A stretch of DNA of 64,000 nt, from NCBI GenBank assembly GCA_027487795.1, contig JAIYCX010000031.1, positions 215,291-279,290 of the forward strand. The letters run 5' to 3'. This stretch comes from Pseudomonadota bacterium (lineage in GTDB: Bacteria; Bdellovibrionota_C; UBA2361; SZUA-149; DAOLCO01). Shown here in pieces: positions 10,275 to 20,762 of this stretch; the stretch's first letter is position 1; every line of letters starts with the position of its first letter. The translations under genes and the position numbers were made by a program. The notes under the pieces are model-generated. The model did not search any database. It was not told the DNA's origin and worked only from the letters and a program-made list of their open reading frames with translations.

Positions 10275-11366
10275 ATGAGCCTTAACTGTGGAATCGTAGG
10301 ACTACCTAACGTCGGTAAATCAACTATATTTAACGCTATGACCTCTGCCGGAGCAGAAGCAGCTAACTATCCTTTTTGCACTATAGAACCAAATACTGGG
10401 GTAGTATTTGTCCCTGATGAAAGAATTAATATCCTTGGTAAAATTAACAAATCAGAAAAAGTAATCCCTACCGCAATTGAATTTGTCGATATTGCGGGAC
10501 TTGTTAAGGGTGCTGCAACGGGGGAAGGTCTTGGAAATCAGTTCTTAAGTCATATTAGAAATGTTGATGCCATAATCCATGTTGTTAGATGCTTTGAGGA
10601 CTCGAATGTTACCCATGTTGAAGGTTCCGTGGATCCAGTTAGAGATGTTGCATTAATCGAAACAGAATTAATGCTATCTGACCTAGCAAGCGTTGATAAA
10701 AGATTAGACAAAGCTAGGAAAGCTGCAAAATCTGGAACCAAAGAGATGCAAGAAGAACTACAAGGTTTAGAAATTGCCAAAAAATATCTAGATGAAGGTA
10801 TTATGCTCACAGAGTTAACAAACGAAGATGAGAAAAAACTAGTTTCAAAGCTCGCTTTAATAACTGCAAAGCCTGTTGTTTTCGTTGCTAACATCGGTGA
10901 AAACGAGCTTGGTAACCCTAATCAACATGCAAAAGCTTTAGAATCTCTTGCAACCTCAAGAGGGAATGCTTTTGTCTACCTATCTGGACAAGTAGAATCA
11001 GAAATTTCTGTGCTTGGTGAAGAAGAAAAAAAAGAATTTATGGATGCTCTAGACATTAAAGAATCTGGTCTAGAAACTCTAGCTAGAGCTAGTTATCAGG
11101 CGTTAAATCTAATAACTTTCTTCACTTCTGGCCCAAAAGAAACTAGAGCTTGGACTATTTCAAAAGGTGATAATGCAGTCGATGCGGCTGGTCAAATTCA
11201 TACTGATTTTGCAAAAGGCTTCATAAGAGCAGAAGTAATAGGATATAATGATTTTATAACTTGCGGCGGTGAATTGAAATCTAAAGAGCAAGGAAAACTA
11301 AGATCTGAAGGCAAAACTTACCTAATGACAGACGGCGACGTAGTTCATTTTAGATTTAACGTATAA
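10275..11366 (+). CDS. ychF: Ribosome-binding ATPase YchF
   Basis: GIVGLPNVGKST, ANYPFCTIEPN, DIAGLV, C-terminal FRFNV. Confidence 0.98.
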   Translation: MSLNCGIVGLPNVGKSTIFNAMTSAGAEAANYPFCTIEPNTGVVFVPDERINILGKINKSEKVIPTAIEFVDIAGLVKGAATGEGLGNQFLSHIRNVDAIIHVVRCFEDSNVTHVEGSVDPVRDVALIETELMLSDLASVDKRLDKARKAAKSGTKEMQEELQGLEIAKKYLDEGIMLTELTNEDEKKLVSKLALITAKPVVFVANIGENELGNPNQHAKALESLATSRGNAFVYLSGQVESEISVLGEEEKKEFMDALDIKESGLETLARASYQALNLITFFTSGPKETRAWTISKGDNAVDAAGQIHTDFAKGFIRAEVIGYNDFITCGGELKSKEQGKLRSEGKTYLMTDGDVVHFRFNV

Positions 11367-11881
11367 CAGTTAACTAAACTTTAACATCGCTGAAAAACCT
11401 ATTATCTTTAGCAAGTTACGATTGCTAATTATGTGAACGATCCTTGCACTAAGTATCACTTACGACATTATAATAGGTCAAAATTCTAGATCAATTTCTT
11501 AAATATCAATCGCAAAGATATCGAACATCACTAACCAAAAAGTTGATGTTCGATCACAACTAGAAAAACAAATTTACTTCTTTTTTACTTTCAAAGTAAA
11601 AATTATTGGATCTTTTATCTTTGAGAATCATCAAAGCTATGGTGTGCAACTTTTGATTTTTTTTAAATTAATTGTTACATACAAAAAAAAACTCTTGGGA
11701 ACTTCCTCTAGATGTGATAGTTCTCATTAGTATCTACTTATGTTGTATCAAGTGGAAGAGTTAGTTCAGCGATGATTAGCTTTGCGAATCATCCAAAAGT
11801 GCTCAGTTTAGTAGTAAAAACGGTACTTCGGAAGAGCTGAGTTGATTAATCGAAGTTAAACTGAAATTAGGGAAATTTAAT

Positions 11882-12193
11882 ATGGCGACTACAAAAAAGG
11901 CAGCTCCTAAAAAGGCAGCTCCAAAAAAGACTGTTGTTAAGAAGACAGCAGTAAAGAAGGCAGCTCCTAAGAAGGCTGTTGTTAAGAAAGCGGCTCCTAA
12001 GAAGGCTGCTGTTAAGAAGGTAACTGCTAAGAAGGCTCCAGCTAAGAAGGCAGTTGCAAAGAAGGCAGCTCCTAAAAAGGCAACTGCTAAGAAAGCTCCT
12101 GCTAGAAAGGCAGCTGCTGTAAGAAAGAAGCCAGCTAGACCAGCAGCAAGAAAGGCTAAGCCAGCTGCTAAGAAAGCGGTAAAGAGAGCTTAA
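11882..12193 (+). CDS. Histone H1-like Lys/Ala/Pro-rich nucleoid protein (Hc2/AlgP-type pentapeptide repeats)
   Basis: Repeated [15 protein letters not shown] units; SD-like AGGGA upstream; strong terminator downstream. Confidence 0.85.
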   Translation: MATTKKAAPKKAAPKKTVVKKTAVKKAAPKKAVVKKAAPKKAAVKKVTAKKAPAKKAVAKKAAPKKATAKKAPARKAAAVRKKPARPAARKAKPAAKKAVKRA

Positions 12194-12235
12194 TTATATC
12201 TAATTAAGCACGGGGTGGATTTATTCTCCCCCGAG

Positions 12236-12266
12236 AAAGCCACCGAAAGGTGGCTTTTTTGTTTTT
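12236..12266 (+). terminator. Rho-independent terminator after the histone-like gene
   Basis: AAAGCCACC-GAAA-GGTGGCTTT followed by a T tract; preceded by two more hairpins (12188-12209, 12211-12233). Confidence 0.88.
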
Positions 12267-12307
12267 AATTCTAAAACTTAGCAAATAATCTTTCTTGAAA
12301 AAACATC

Positions 12308-13279
12308 TTGAAAAAATCTACGCTAAAAATTGATTTACAATCAATACAAACAGATAAAAGAGTACTTGGTAGAGCATTATCATTAATTGAGAATGAAGAT
12401 GCAGCAGCTTCACCTTGGTACGAAAGCCTATATAAATCGACAGGTAAAGCACGAATTTGGGGCTTTACTGGAGCACCAGGTGCTGGGAAATCTTCATTGA
12501 TTAATGTTTTAATTAAAGAAATCAGAAATAACTTAAACCTATCCGTAGCAATTCTGGCTATAGATCCTTCCAGTCCCTATACCGGTGGTGCCATCCTAGG
12601 CGATAGAACACGAATGTACGAATCGGGTAATGATGAAAAAGTATTTATTAGATCAAGTGCGAGTAGAGGTAAGTTAGGAGGACTCAGTTCCAAAACTCCC
12701 GAAATGATTCACGTACTAGATGCCGCAGGATTTGATATAATAATAGTAGAGACTGTTGGTGTAGGTCAAGGCGAATTAGATATCATGAGAATTGCCGACG
12801 TAATTACAGTAGTACTCTCACCGCATAATGGCGACTCTCTCCAAACTCTAAAAGCAGGAATAATAGAAGTCGCAGATATTTTTGCACTAAACAAATCAGA
12901 TTTATCTGGAATTAATAATCTAGAAAAAGATTTAAAATTTGGTCTTTCCCTAGGATCATCACTGATATCTGAAAATCCTGAAATAATAAAAACTTCCACC
13001 GTCTCAACTGAGGGAGTGGCTGACCTTCTAAGCAAACTAAATAAAAAATCTGAACAACTATCAAGCAACGGAGAGCAAGTACGAAGAAGGCATGCTGCAC
13101 TTTCTTTTGAATTCGATTATTTAGCAAGAGACATGACCTATCAAATACTTGAAGACCTGCAAGATCTTAAAGACTTGAAAAAAAACTTAAATCAAAAGAT
13201 TAAACTAAGAGAAGTAAGCCCTAGAGAAGCATCCTCTGAGCTACTTACCGCTTTCAAGTCTAAACTTAAATTGATCTAA
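12308..13279 (+). CDS. meaB: MeaB/ArgK-family GTPase (methylmalonyl-CoA mutase chaperone)
   Basis: GAPGAGKS, DPSSPYTGGAILGDRTRM, VETVGVGQ, KAGIIE, NKSD. Confidence 0.9.
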   Translation: MKKSTLKIDLQSIQTDKRVLGRALSLIENEDAAASPWYESLYKSTGKARIWGFTGAPGAGKSSLINVLIKEIRNNLNLSVAILAIDPSSPYTGGAILGDRTRMYESGNDEKVFIRSSASRGKLGGLSSKTPEMIHVLDAAGFDIIIVETVGVGQGELDIMRIADVITVVLSPHNGDSLQTLKAGIIEVADIFALNKSDLSGINNLEKDLKFGLSLGSSLISENPEIIKTSTVSTEGVADLLSKLNKKSEQLSSNGEQVRRRHAALSFEFDYLARDMTYQILEDLQDLKDLKKNLNQKIKLREVSPREASSELLTAFKSKLKLI

Positions 13280-13915
13280 AGATAAGCTACTATCTTTTTC
13301 AATATTATTATAAATAAATTCTGTGCTTTTATTGAAGAATTCAGGATTTACGTTTTTTGTATGTTTAAAAAAAATCTGCCTCCTTGGATTAGAACCATTT
13401 AAATCTTGATCAGATAGAGATATTGCTCCTTGTATAGCTGGAATACCAAACCACTTCAATATTGGAGTATTGCAAGAATACTCTTCTAAGGAAAAATTTA
13501 AAGAAGTAAATCTAATATCTGGATCAATTAAGAACTGTTCTAAAGGTACATCACTATAAGAATCTACAGACACTCGACATTTTATTTTACTAACAATCCT
13601 AGAATTTTCATACCTATCAAAAATAGTATTAAAAAAATAACTAATAGGTTTATCGTCTGTAAGAAAACCTTCTATTTTTAAAATTGTAGACTCTTTCTTA
13701 TCCTCTTCTCCCCCAACCTCAAAAATTCCACCTCTGAAGTCAAAGATTTCTTTCTCTGAAATATGAGAAAGAAAATCAAAAAGTTCTAAATTAATTGAAC
13801 TGAATAAATGCCAACAATGGTTTGAACTTAAAGGTTCTAAGAGAGGAAATAAGCTATGATTATAAGAAAAAACACTTTCCCTATAAATCCAGAGTCCTCT
13901 ATTAGAAAATTCCAA
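13241..13915 (-). CDS. Hypothetical protein
   Basis: 224-aa ORF 11 nt downstream of the ppiD-like gene; no motif recognised. Confidence 0.55.
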   Translation of the reverse strand: MEFSNRGLWIYRESVFSYNHSLFPLLEPLSSNHCWHLFSSINLELFDFLSHISEKEIFDFRGGIFEVGGEEDKKESTILKIEGFLTDDKPISYFFNTIFDRYENSRIVSKIKCRVSVDSYSDVPLEQFLIDPDIRFTSLNFSLEEYSCNTPILKWFGIPAIQGAISLSDQDLNGSNPRRQIFFKHTKNVNPEFFNKSTEFIYNNIEKDSSLSLDQFKFRLESGK

Positions 13916-13926
13916 ATTAAGAATAA

Positions 13927-15888
13927 CTACTTAGGTAAAAGTTCTGATTTTATTTCTGGTTTTACTTTTAGTTTTAATTGTTCAAGTAATATCTTATTTA
14001 ATCTTTCCCCAGCTTTCTTTTTAGACTCTTCTAAAAATTTATACTGTTCGTCTAATAAAACTTTATTATCTGAAGCTGGGGCAATTTTTTCTATTTTTCC
14101 AAGTCCGATAAGATAACTAGATCCATCAATTCCAGATATTACCTTATCAACAAACTTACTGCTTCTAGCTTCTCCAATAACTAAGTTTTTTTCCTGTGGA
14201 TTTTGAATAAAAGGTATAGAAAGAAGTGCGATTTTATCGGCCGCAATTTCTGTAACTTCTAACTTTTTAGCCTTAAAGAAGCTTTTAAAAGTAAGCTCTG
14301 TGTTTGCTAATAATGATTCCTTAAATTCTTTTATTAGCTTCTCCGCAAATAACTTTGTAGTTTCAGTTACTTTTTTCCTTTCCAAAGTTTTTGTAATTTC
14401 AAAAGTTACCTCTTCTAAAGTTTTTGGTCTAACTTCCTGAGCCTCAATAGCATAGACTATAGTCACATCTCCCGCAGATGACTTATCGTACAACCTAAGG
14501 GCCCCAGAAGGTAGTTCGGTAATAAACTCAACCAAGCCCTTATCAGTTATCGATGTAGGTCTAGATTCATTGCTAACCGGCTTATCTACTGCAATTACCT
14601 GAGCATTAATCTTTGCTGCTTCTTCCTTTAATAATTCAGGAATTTTCGACGCAATTTCCGATTCAAGTTTTTTAACTAAAGACTCTGCTGATACCATCGC
14701 ATATTCAGGTGCTAAGCTAGCTTTTATTTCTTCCTCTAAAGAAGCACGAACTGCCGATAATGGCTTTTTAAAAGAATCAGTAGCTTCATTTACTCTAACT
14801 ATTAAAAAATCAGATCCAGATTCTATTACTTCTGAAATAGATCCTTTATTTAGATTCTTAACTGCGCTTTGAATATCATCTGTTAATGAAGTTTCATCTA
14901 CCAAAGCTTCTCCAACTGTTATGATAGCACCTTGATCTTTAAAAACTTTAAGATCGATCATAGGATCCGCTAATAATTTTTCCCTAGCGGCAGTAGAAAG
15001 TGCTTTAATCTCTTCAACATTGTCTTTAGGTTCATTTTTAGTATCAACTAATTTAGCTAGTTCATTTTTAGAAGATGAGAATCTAACCTGATCTACTTTA
15101 AGCTTTCTAGGTACTTCAAATTTCTTTCCAGAATTTTCATAGGCTTGAATTAAATCTGCCTCATCAATAACTACTTTGTCTCTAAATGAATCTGCCTTAA
15201 ATGTTACTATTAAAGGTAGAACAGCTCTAGAAGTAACAAAAATTTCTTTATTTTTTTCATAATATTCAGAGATCTCCGAAGCCGAAACTGCGTCAGTAGA
15301 CTTTTGTTCTGGGATTTTCACATAGTCTATACCAATCTTTTCTTGTAATTTTTCATAACGCTTGCTTAGTTCTACCGGCCCTATCGATCCAGCATTTTCA
15401 AAAATATCGGTTAGTTGTTTTTCCATTAAAGATTCTTTCATCTCTGCCAAGAAAGCGGATTCAGTAATACCTTGATTACTTAAAAAATTCTCAAACTCAA
15501 CTCGAGTAACTCCATTAGAAAAAACTGGTAATCCCCTAACAGCAGCTTCAACCTGAGATTTAGAAGCGGATAGTCCTATTGATTTAAAAAAATCCGTCAG
15601 CAACGTTTTATCAATCATGTCATCAAGAACTCGTTGTTTTAAGTTCAACATAGTTTCAAACTGATCGAACTGAGCACCGAACTGCTTAACAAACATTGAT
15701 CTTACTCTTGCATAATCTTTTAAGTATTCACTCATCCGCACTTCCTTACTACCAATAACTGCAATAGTAGGATCCATAGACTGGCTTCTTAATTGATCAA
15801 GACCGAAAGGCACCATCATCAAACCACACATACTAACAATAAAGAGGCCCACAATTCCTCTTCGGTTTCTTCTAAAGAATTCAATCAT
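13927..15888 (-). CDS. PpiD-like membrane-anchored periplasmic chaperone (SurA_N domain, degenerate rotamase)
   Basis: N-terminal MIEFFRR plus TM ending in FG; SurA_N-like VLDDMID...GLSAS; GSISEVIES rotamase remnant. Confidence 0.8.
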   Translation of the reverse strand: MIEFFRRNRRGIVGLFIVSMCGLMMVPFGLDQLRSQSMDPTIAVIGSKEVRMSEYLKDYARVRSMFVKQFGAQFDQFETMLNLKQRVLDDMIDKTLLTDFFKSIGLSASKSQVEAAVRGLPVFSNGVTRVEFENFLSNQGITESAFLAEMKESLMEKQLTDIFENAGSIGPVELSKRYEKLQEKIGIDYVKIPEQKSTDAVSASEISEYYEKNKEIFVTSRAVLPLIVTFKADSFRDKVVIDEADLIQAYENSGKKFEVPRKLKVDQVRFSSSKNELAKLVDTKNEPKDNVEEIKALSTAAREKLLADPMIDLKVFKDQGAIITVGEALVDETSLTDDIQSAVKNLNKGSISEVIESGSDFLIVRVNEATDSFKKPLSAVRASLEEEIKASLAPEYAMVSAESLVKKLESEIASKIPELLKEEAAKINAQVIAVDKPVSNESRPTSITDKGLVEFITELPSGALRLYDKSSAGDVTIVYAIEAQEVRPKTLEEVTFEITKTLERKKVTETTKLFAEKLIKEFKESLLANTELTFKSFFKAKKLEVTEIAADKIALLSIPFIQNPQEKNLVIGEARSSKFVDKVISGIDGSSYLIGLGKIEKIAPASDNKVLLDEQYKFLEESKKKAGERLNKILLEQLKLKVKPEIKSELLPK

Positions 15889-15970
15889 AGAAATACTTAA
15901 TTTTGTAACTAAATAGATATTTTTTAATTACTTATATATAGCTATTAATTAAAAATTCTAAAATAGACAT

Positions 15971-16255
15971 ATGGCAAAATTAGATAAAATCGATGACGAA
16001 TTTTACCCTGTGTATCTTCAAATACCAGCAGAAAAAATTGTAGAACTTAAATTTCTACTAGAATCATATGAAGGGATCGGAGAACTTAGAACTTTAGATA
16101 ATGATATAGCCTTAGTTGTCATTCTAGGACTAAAAGATACAGCCGCTCAAATTAGAAAAATTATAGAAAGTGAGAAAGAAAACCTTAAATGCCTTGAAGT
16201 TGGCCAGCCAGATTGCATCAGCTCTGACTGGTTAATAACGACTAGTAACGATTAA
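15971..16255 (+). CDS. Small conserved protein, DUF4911-like
   Basis: LKFLLESYEGIGELRTLD matches my recollection of DUF4911. Confidence 0.6.
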   Translation: MAKLDKIDDEFYPVYLQIPAEKIVELKFLLESYEGIGELRTLDNDIALVVILGLKDTAAQIRKIIESEKENLKCLEVGQPDCISSDWLITTSND

Positions 16256-17679
16256 CTAGACTTACCAAACCACCCTTTTCTTAAATCAAGTAGGCGTTCA
16301 TAAGCTTTGTGGATTTTTTCAAACTTTTCCCTCTCGTCCGTATCTGAAGTATCAGGATGGTACTGCTTAACTAAAGCTCTGTATGCTTTTTTAATGTCTG
16401 CGTCTGTCGCATTATCATCTAATTCAAACAAAGATAATAATGATGAGTACTCATCATCAGACTCAACAATCTTTGCATAACCACGATTTGTTTTTTTCTT
16501 AAACGAGACTTTTTCAGTAACGCTCTCCATATAGGAGCCAATATCAAGATCTGGGCCTATAAAGTAAAATAGTAAGCCTGCTAATGAAACTAAAAGTATT
16601 ACAAACAAACTAGAAACTAAATATATCCAAAAGAACAATCGTCCCTGAAAAAAAAGACTTATCCTAGAAGAAATATCCAAAGTACCTAAAACTTCCTTTG
16701 TAATAAAAGGATTAGATATTTCTATTAAACTAGGATCATCGATAGAATACTGAACTAGCTTGCTTTTTAGTTCTAAAGATGAAGAATAATTCTTAGGATC
16801 AGAATCTAGGATATTGATAATTATCGCTAACTCCTCCCCTCTTTTTTCTTGTACTAATTTTTTACCCGCATTTAAAAATTGGGCGTCAGAACTTGAAAGA
16901 CAAGATTTTAAATCACTAGGCAAGGAATTTAAAAATTTAGAAATCCAGCCTACCTCCTCATTACTTAATTTCTTATATTTAAAGTTAGATTTTGAAAAAT
17001 CTAAATAACAATTAGCTGGAGCTCCAAATTCTTTATTTATAGAAAAAAGTAATGTTGTCCAAAAATTCCAATTATTTGCGATTAGTCCTGAGTCAAATCT
17101 ATTTCTAAGTTGGAAGACGGGCTTTTCAAAATAATTATTGATTGCAATAAATTCATTATTTAATATTTGAAGTTTCGATATCTCACCCTCTTCTTCTGAT
17201 AATTTTAAAATTACTTCTTCAATTTTAATCAAACTATCAATATTTTGATTAAACTTACTAGTAGGCAGAAAAAGTGCCTTACCTAGTTTTTTATAATGAT
17301 TTAGACTTTCTAATGTTATACCACCAACTTCACTGTTTATTTTTGCTTTTAAATAACTCTCGATACTAGGTAATAGATCTGCCTTAGTAAGATTTGAATA
17401 AATCGCAGGTGTTATTTTAGTAGGATCTTCTAATACTATTTCTATAAACCGCTCGGAAAACTCTTCTTTAGTGAAAGTAGAATTATCTAAAGAAGAAAAA
17501 ACTTCTTCTATTGAATACTGTTGTGCAGAAACAGAAAGAGGAGAAATTACACAGAAAAAAACTGGCAGTAGCGCAAATAATAAGGATAGACGTGTAGGTC
17601 TATAAAATAAAATATTGAATATTTTATTAGTCTTCAATGATTCCAAAAAAAGGAAATTCCAATATTTTCTCATCTTCAA
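16252..17679 (-). CDS. Exported single-pass membrane protein with C-terminal J-domain
   Basis: Signal-like segment ending VSA/QQ; TM FFWIYLVSSLFVILLVSLAGLLFYFI; IKKAYRALVKQYHPD. Confidence 0.8.
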   Translation of the reverse strand: MKMRKYWNFLFLESLKTNKIFNILFYRPTRLSLLFALLPVFFCVISPLSVSAQQYSIEEVFSSLDNSTFTKEEFSERFIEIVLEDPTKITPAIYSNLTKADLLPSIESYLKAKINSEVGGITLESLNHYKKLGKALFLPTSKFNQNIDSLIKIEEVILKLSEEEGEISKLQILNNEFIAINNYFEKPVFQLRNRFDSGLIANNWNFWTTLLFSINKEFGAPANCYLDFSKSNFKYKKLSNEEVGWISKFLNSLPSDLKSCLSSSDAQFLNAGKKLVQEKRGEELAIIINILDSDPKNYSSSLELKSKLVQYSIDDPSLIEISNPFITKEVLGTLDISSRISLFFQGRLFFWIYLVSSLFVILLVSLAGLLFYFIGPDLDIGSYMESVTEKVSFKKKTNRGYAKIVESDDEYSSLLSLFELDDNATDADIKKAYRALVKQYHPDTSDTDEREKFEKIHKAYERLLDLRKGWFGKSS

Positions 17680-18652
17680 TTAAACTAGAGGTATTTGCAC
17701 TAACTACACCTCTAATCACACCTCTTGTTCTTGGATCAAGTGATATTTCAATAAGCTGGCCAATATAGTCTTGTTTTAAGGCTACAGTCACTGATTTTAA
17801 ACTTGTCGATACCTCATTCACCACTATTTTATTGGCAGTACTTAGGTTTTGAACTCTAATCAATTTCGTAAACATTGTATTTGCAGAATTTTTTTGACTC
17901 AGGGAACCAAAATTGACTGATTTTGGAGTAAAACTAAGGTCACCAAATGCAAAAAAAGTTATTTGATAATTAATAGTTTCCTGCTTAGGCATATTGGTTT
18001 TAATTACTATTCTACCTCGATTCTTACCAAGAGGTAAGATTTTAGTTGAGGTAATATTTACAGTATAATGTGTATCTGAAACCTTATTAAATTGAGCTTT
18101 TAAATAATCAGATTTAGTCAAAACTTCTTGAATAATAAAAGGTGAGCTTCTACTTATTAATTCAATCTTTTGCGAAATAGGAATACGTCTACTTATCTCT
18201 CCCAAGTCAACCCTTCCAGGAGTTATCTGAATATCAGGTAAAATATTAGCTTTTACATAAAAAATTATCGATGAAGGCTTAGGATCATTAGTATAAATCC
18301 TTATTGGTTTATTTTTAACCCCTTCGAATGCTTCAGTTTCAAAAGTTACTCTTAGTTGAGTTTCCTCTCCTGGTTTTACGATAGGATTATTAACTACAGC
18401 AGCTGTACATCCACAGGCAGGACTAACTTGTTTTATAATTAATGGCTGTGTACCAATATTCGCAATTATAAATTCATGGGTAAGAACATCTCCCTTAGAG
18501 ACGGCTCCAAAGTCTTTTATTGTTTCTGTTACTGATATCTTAGGACCTGAAATTTTAAGGTCAAGAGATTTAGAATTAGTAGTTTCTGAATCAGCTCCCC
18601 AAGCAACTGTAAAATTAAGTAGGCATAAAAAGATGACAACTTGAAATCTCAT
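17627..18652 (-). CDS. DUF1573 Ig-like domain exported protein
   Basis: Signal peptide; DFG...F...N.G..PL.I..V.PACGCT...PGE...YTNDP. Confidence 0.85.
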   Translation of the reverse strand: MRFQVVIFLCLLNFTVAWGADSETTNSKSLDLKISGPKISVTETIKDFGAVSKGDVLTHEFIIANIGTQPLIIKQVSPACGCTAAVVNNPIVKPGEETQLRVTFETEAFEGVKNKPIRIYTNDPKPSSIIFYVKANILPDIQITPGRVDLGEISRRIPISQKIELISRSSPFIIQEVLTKSDYLKAQFNKVSDTHYTVNITSTKILPLGKNRGRIVIKTNMPKQETINYQITFFAFGDLSFTPKSVNFGSLSQKNSANTMFTKLIRVQNLSTANKIVVNEVSTSLKSVTVALKQDYIGQLIEISLDPRTRGVIRGVVSANTSSLIEDEKILEFPFFGIIED

Positions 18653-18673
18653 TTATATATACCTTACTTTAAA

Positions 18674-20173
18674 CTAAGCTGCTTTAGGCAATTGAGTTAG
18701 ATTATTTGCTAAATCTTGCTTACTGAATTCCTCTGCAGATTTTCTCTTTTCTTCTTCAAAAAGATTTTCTACTAACTTAGTACTTACGTGACCTAAAACA
18801 AATTGATCATACTCTAATATCTTCTTTAGCAAAGGCATATTAGTTGTTACACCACCAATTATGCACTCACTAAGAGCTACTCTCATTTTTTTAATTGCCT
18901 CATCACGGTCTCTACCTTTTACGATTATCTTAGCAATTAAAGAATCATAAAAAGGAGGGATTTTATAACGGTCATAAATTGCAGAATCTACCCTAACTCC
19001 TAAACCTCCCGGTGGGTGATATCCTTCGATCATTCCCGGAGAAGGTGCGAAGGTATATGGATCTTCGGCATTTATTCTGACTTCGATAGCATGACCTGTA
19101 AATTTAATATCTTCTTGCTTAAAAGAAAGTTCTCTACCAGCTGCAACCCAGATTTGTTCTTTTACAATATCTGTTGATGTAACGAATTCAGTAACAGGAT
19201 GCTCGACCTGAAGTCGAGTATTCATTTCTATAAAATAAAACTTCTCATCTCTTGGATCAATAAGATATTCTAAGGTTCCGCACGTTGGATAACCGATAGA
19301 TTTTCCTAGCCTAACAGCAGACTCATACATCGCATTTCTTGTTGTCTGTGACAAATTAGGTGCTGGACTTTCTTCTACAATTTTTTGATATCTTCTCTGT
19401 GTAGAGCAGTCTCTTTCTCCAAGATGAACTACATTATGATGTTGATCACCAATAATTTGTACTTCAACGTGACGTGCGTTTGGAATATATTTCTCTACAT
19501 ATAAATTTGGATCATTAAATGCAGCTTCCACCTCACGACTAGCTTGCTCAAATAGTCTTGTAAATTCATCTGCTGAATGAACTATCTTCATTCCACGACC
19601 ACCGCCACCAGCGACTGCTTTAATTAGAACAGGAAAGCCAATTTTTTCTGCCTCTACTAAAGCTTCTTCTGGACTGACTCCAGCTGCAATTGAACCCGGA
19701 ACAACTGGTACTTCATATTTTATAGCAATTTTTCTAGCTACCGCCTTATCTCCCATCAACCTCATATGTCGAGCCTTGGGACCGATAAATGTGATTCCAC
19801 ATTGACCACAAATTTCAGCGAAACTTCCATTCTCACTTAAAAAACCATAACCTGGATGAATGGCCTCTGCACCAGTGGCAACAGCTGCAGAAATTATAGA
19901 AGAAATATTTAAATAAGATTCTGTAGGTGATGGAGGTCCGATACAAACACTTTCATTTGCTAACTTTACGTGAAGAGCATCTGCATCTGCAGTAGAATGA
20001 ACAGCAACTGTCTTAATACCAAGCTCATGACAAGCTCTAATAACTCTAACTGCAATTTCGCCTCTGTTAGCAATTAAAACTTTTTTAAACGGTATTGTTT
20101 TTTGAGCTGCTTCTAATTTTAGCAGTCTGCTACTTTCATGATCTAAAATTTCTAAATCAGTATCAATCATCAT
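18674..20173 (-). CDS. accC: Acetyl-CoA carboxylase, biotin carboxylase subunit
   Basis: KVLIANRGEIAVR, HPGYGFLSEN, GGGGRGM, EMNTRLQVEHPVTE. Confidence 0.97.
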   Translation of the reverse strand: MMIDTDLEILDHESSRLLKLEAAQKTIPFKKVLIANRGEIAVRVIRACHELGIKTVAVHSTADADALHVKLANESVCIGPPSPTESYLNISSIISAAVATGAEAIHPGYGFLSENGSFAEICGQCGITFIGPKARHMRLMGDKAVARKIAIKYEVPVVPGSIAAGVSPEEALVEAEKIGFPVLIKAVAGGGGRGMKIVHSADEFTRLFEQASREVEAAFNDPNLYVEKYIPNARHVEVQIIGDQHHNVVHLGERDCSTQRRYQKIVEESPAPNLSQTTRNAMYESAVRLGKSIGYPTCGTLEYLIDPRDEKFYFIEMNTRLQVEHPVTEFVTSTDIVKEQIWVAAGRELSFKQEDIKFTGHAIEVRINAEDPYTFAPSPGMIEGYHPPGGLGVRVDSAIYDRYKIPPFYDSLIAKIIVKGRDRDEAIKKMRVALSECIIGGVTTNMPLLKKILEYDQFVLGHVSTKLVENLFEEEKRKSAEEFSKQDLANNLTQLPKAA

Positions 20174-20186
20174 TTTAAGAACCTAA

Positions 20187-20762
20187 TTATGAGTGCTCTA
20201 TTTTGTAGATAACCTCTCCGTATTCAACCATCTGACCATCTTCTAGGCAGATTTCTACGATCTTACCACTAAACTCAGAATCAATTTCATTCATAAGTTT
20301 CATAGCTTCAATGATACAAAGGACATCGCCTTTCTTAATTTGATCACCGACTTCAACAAATGGCTCAGCATCAACAGCTGGTCTTCTATAAAAAGTACCA
20401 ACCATAGGTGATCGAATTTCTTTTAAATTCTTGGAAACTGGTTTATTGGTCTGCGAAGAGTCTGCTGAAGTTGCAACAGCTGGTGTATTATCCGATACAG
20501 GACCCGCCGAAGGTGCCGCTGGATTAGCATACATCGGAGGTGCGTAAAATTGTTGTGGATAACCTGCTTGATAAGCATTGTTTGATACATCCTTTGGACC
20601 TCTTTTAAGCCAGATTTTCTCATCTTCTCTTTCTAGCTTAAATTCTGTTACTTCATGTTTTTCGAGTGTTTCTAGAAGTTTTTGAATGTCATCTATTGCT
20701 AAAGGTTTGTGCTCATCTGTTTTAACAGATTTAGACACCATATCTTTCTTATCGGAAGCCAT
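20187..20762 (-). CDS. accB: Acetyl-CoA carboxylase biotin carboxyl carrier protein
   Basis: [18 protein letters not shown] biotinylation motif. Confidence 0.97.
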   Translation of the reverse strand: MASDKKDMVSKSVKTDEHKPLAIDDIQKLLETLEKHEVTEFKLEREDEKIWLKRGPKDVSNNAYQAGYPQQFYAPPMYANPAAPSAGPVSDNTPAVATSADSSQTNKPVSKNLKEIRSPMVGTFYRRPAVDAEPFVEVGDQIKKGDVLCIIEAMKLMNEIDSEFSGKIVEICLEDGQMVEYGEVIYKIEHS

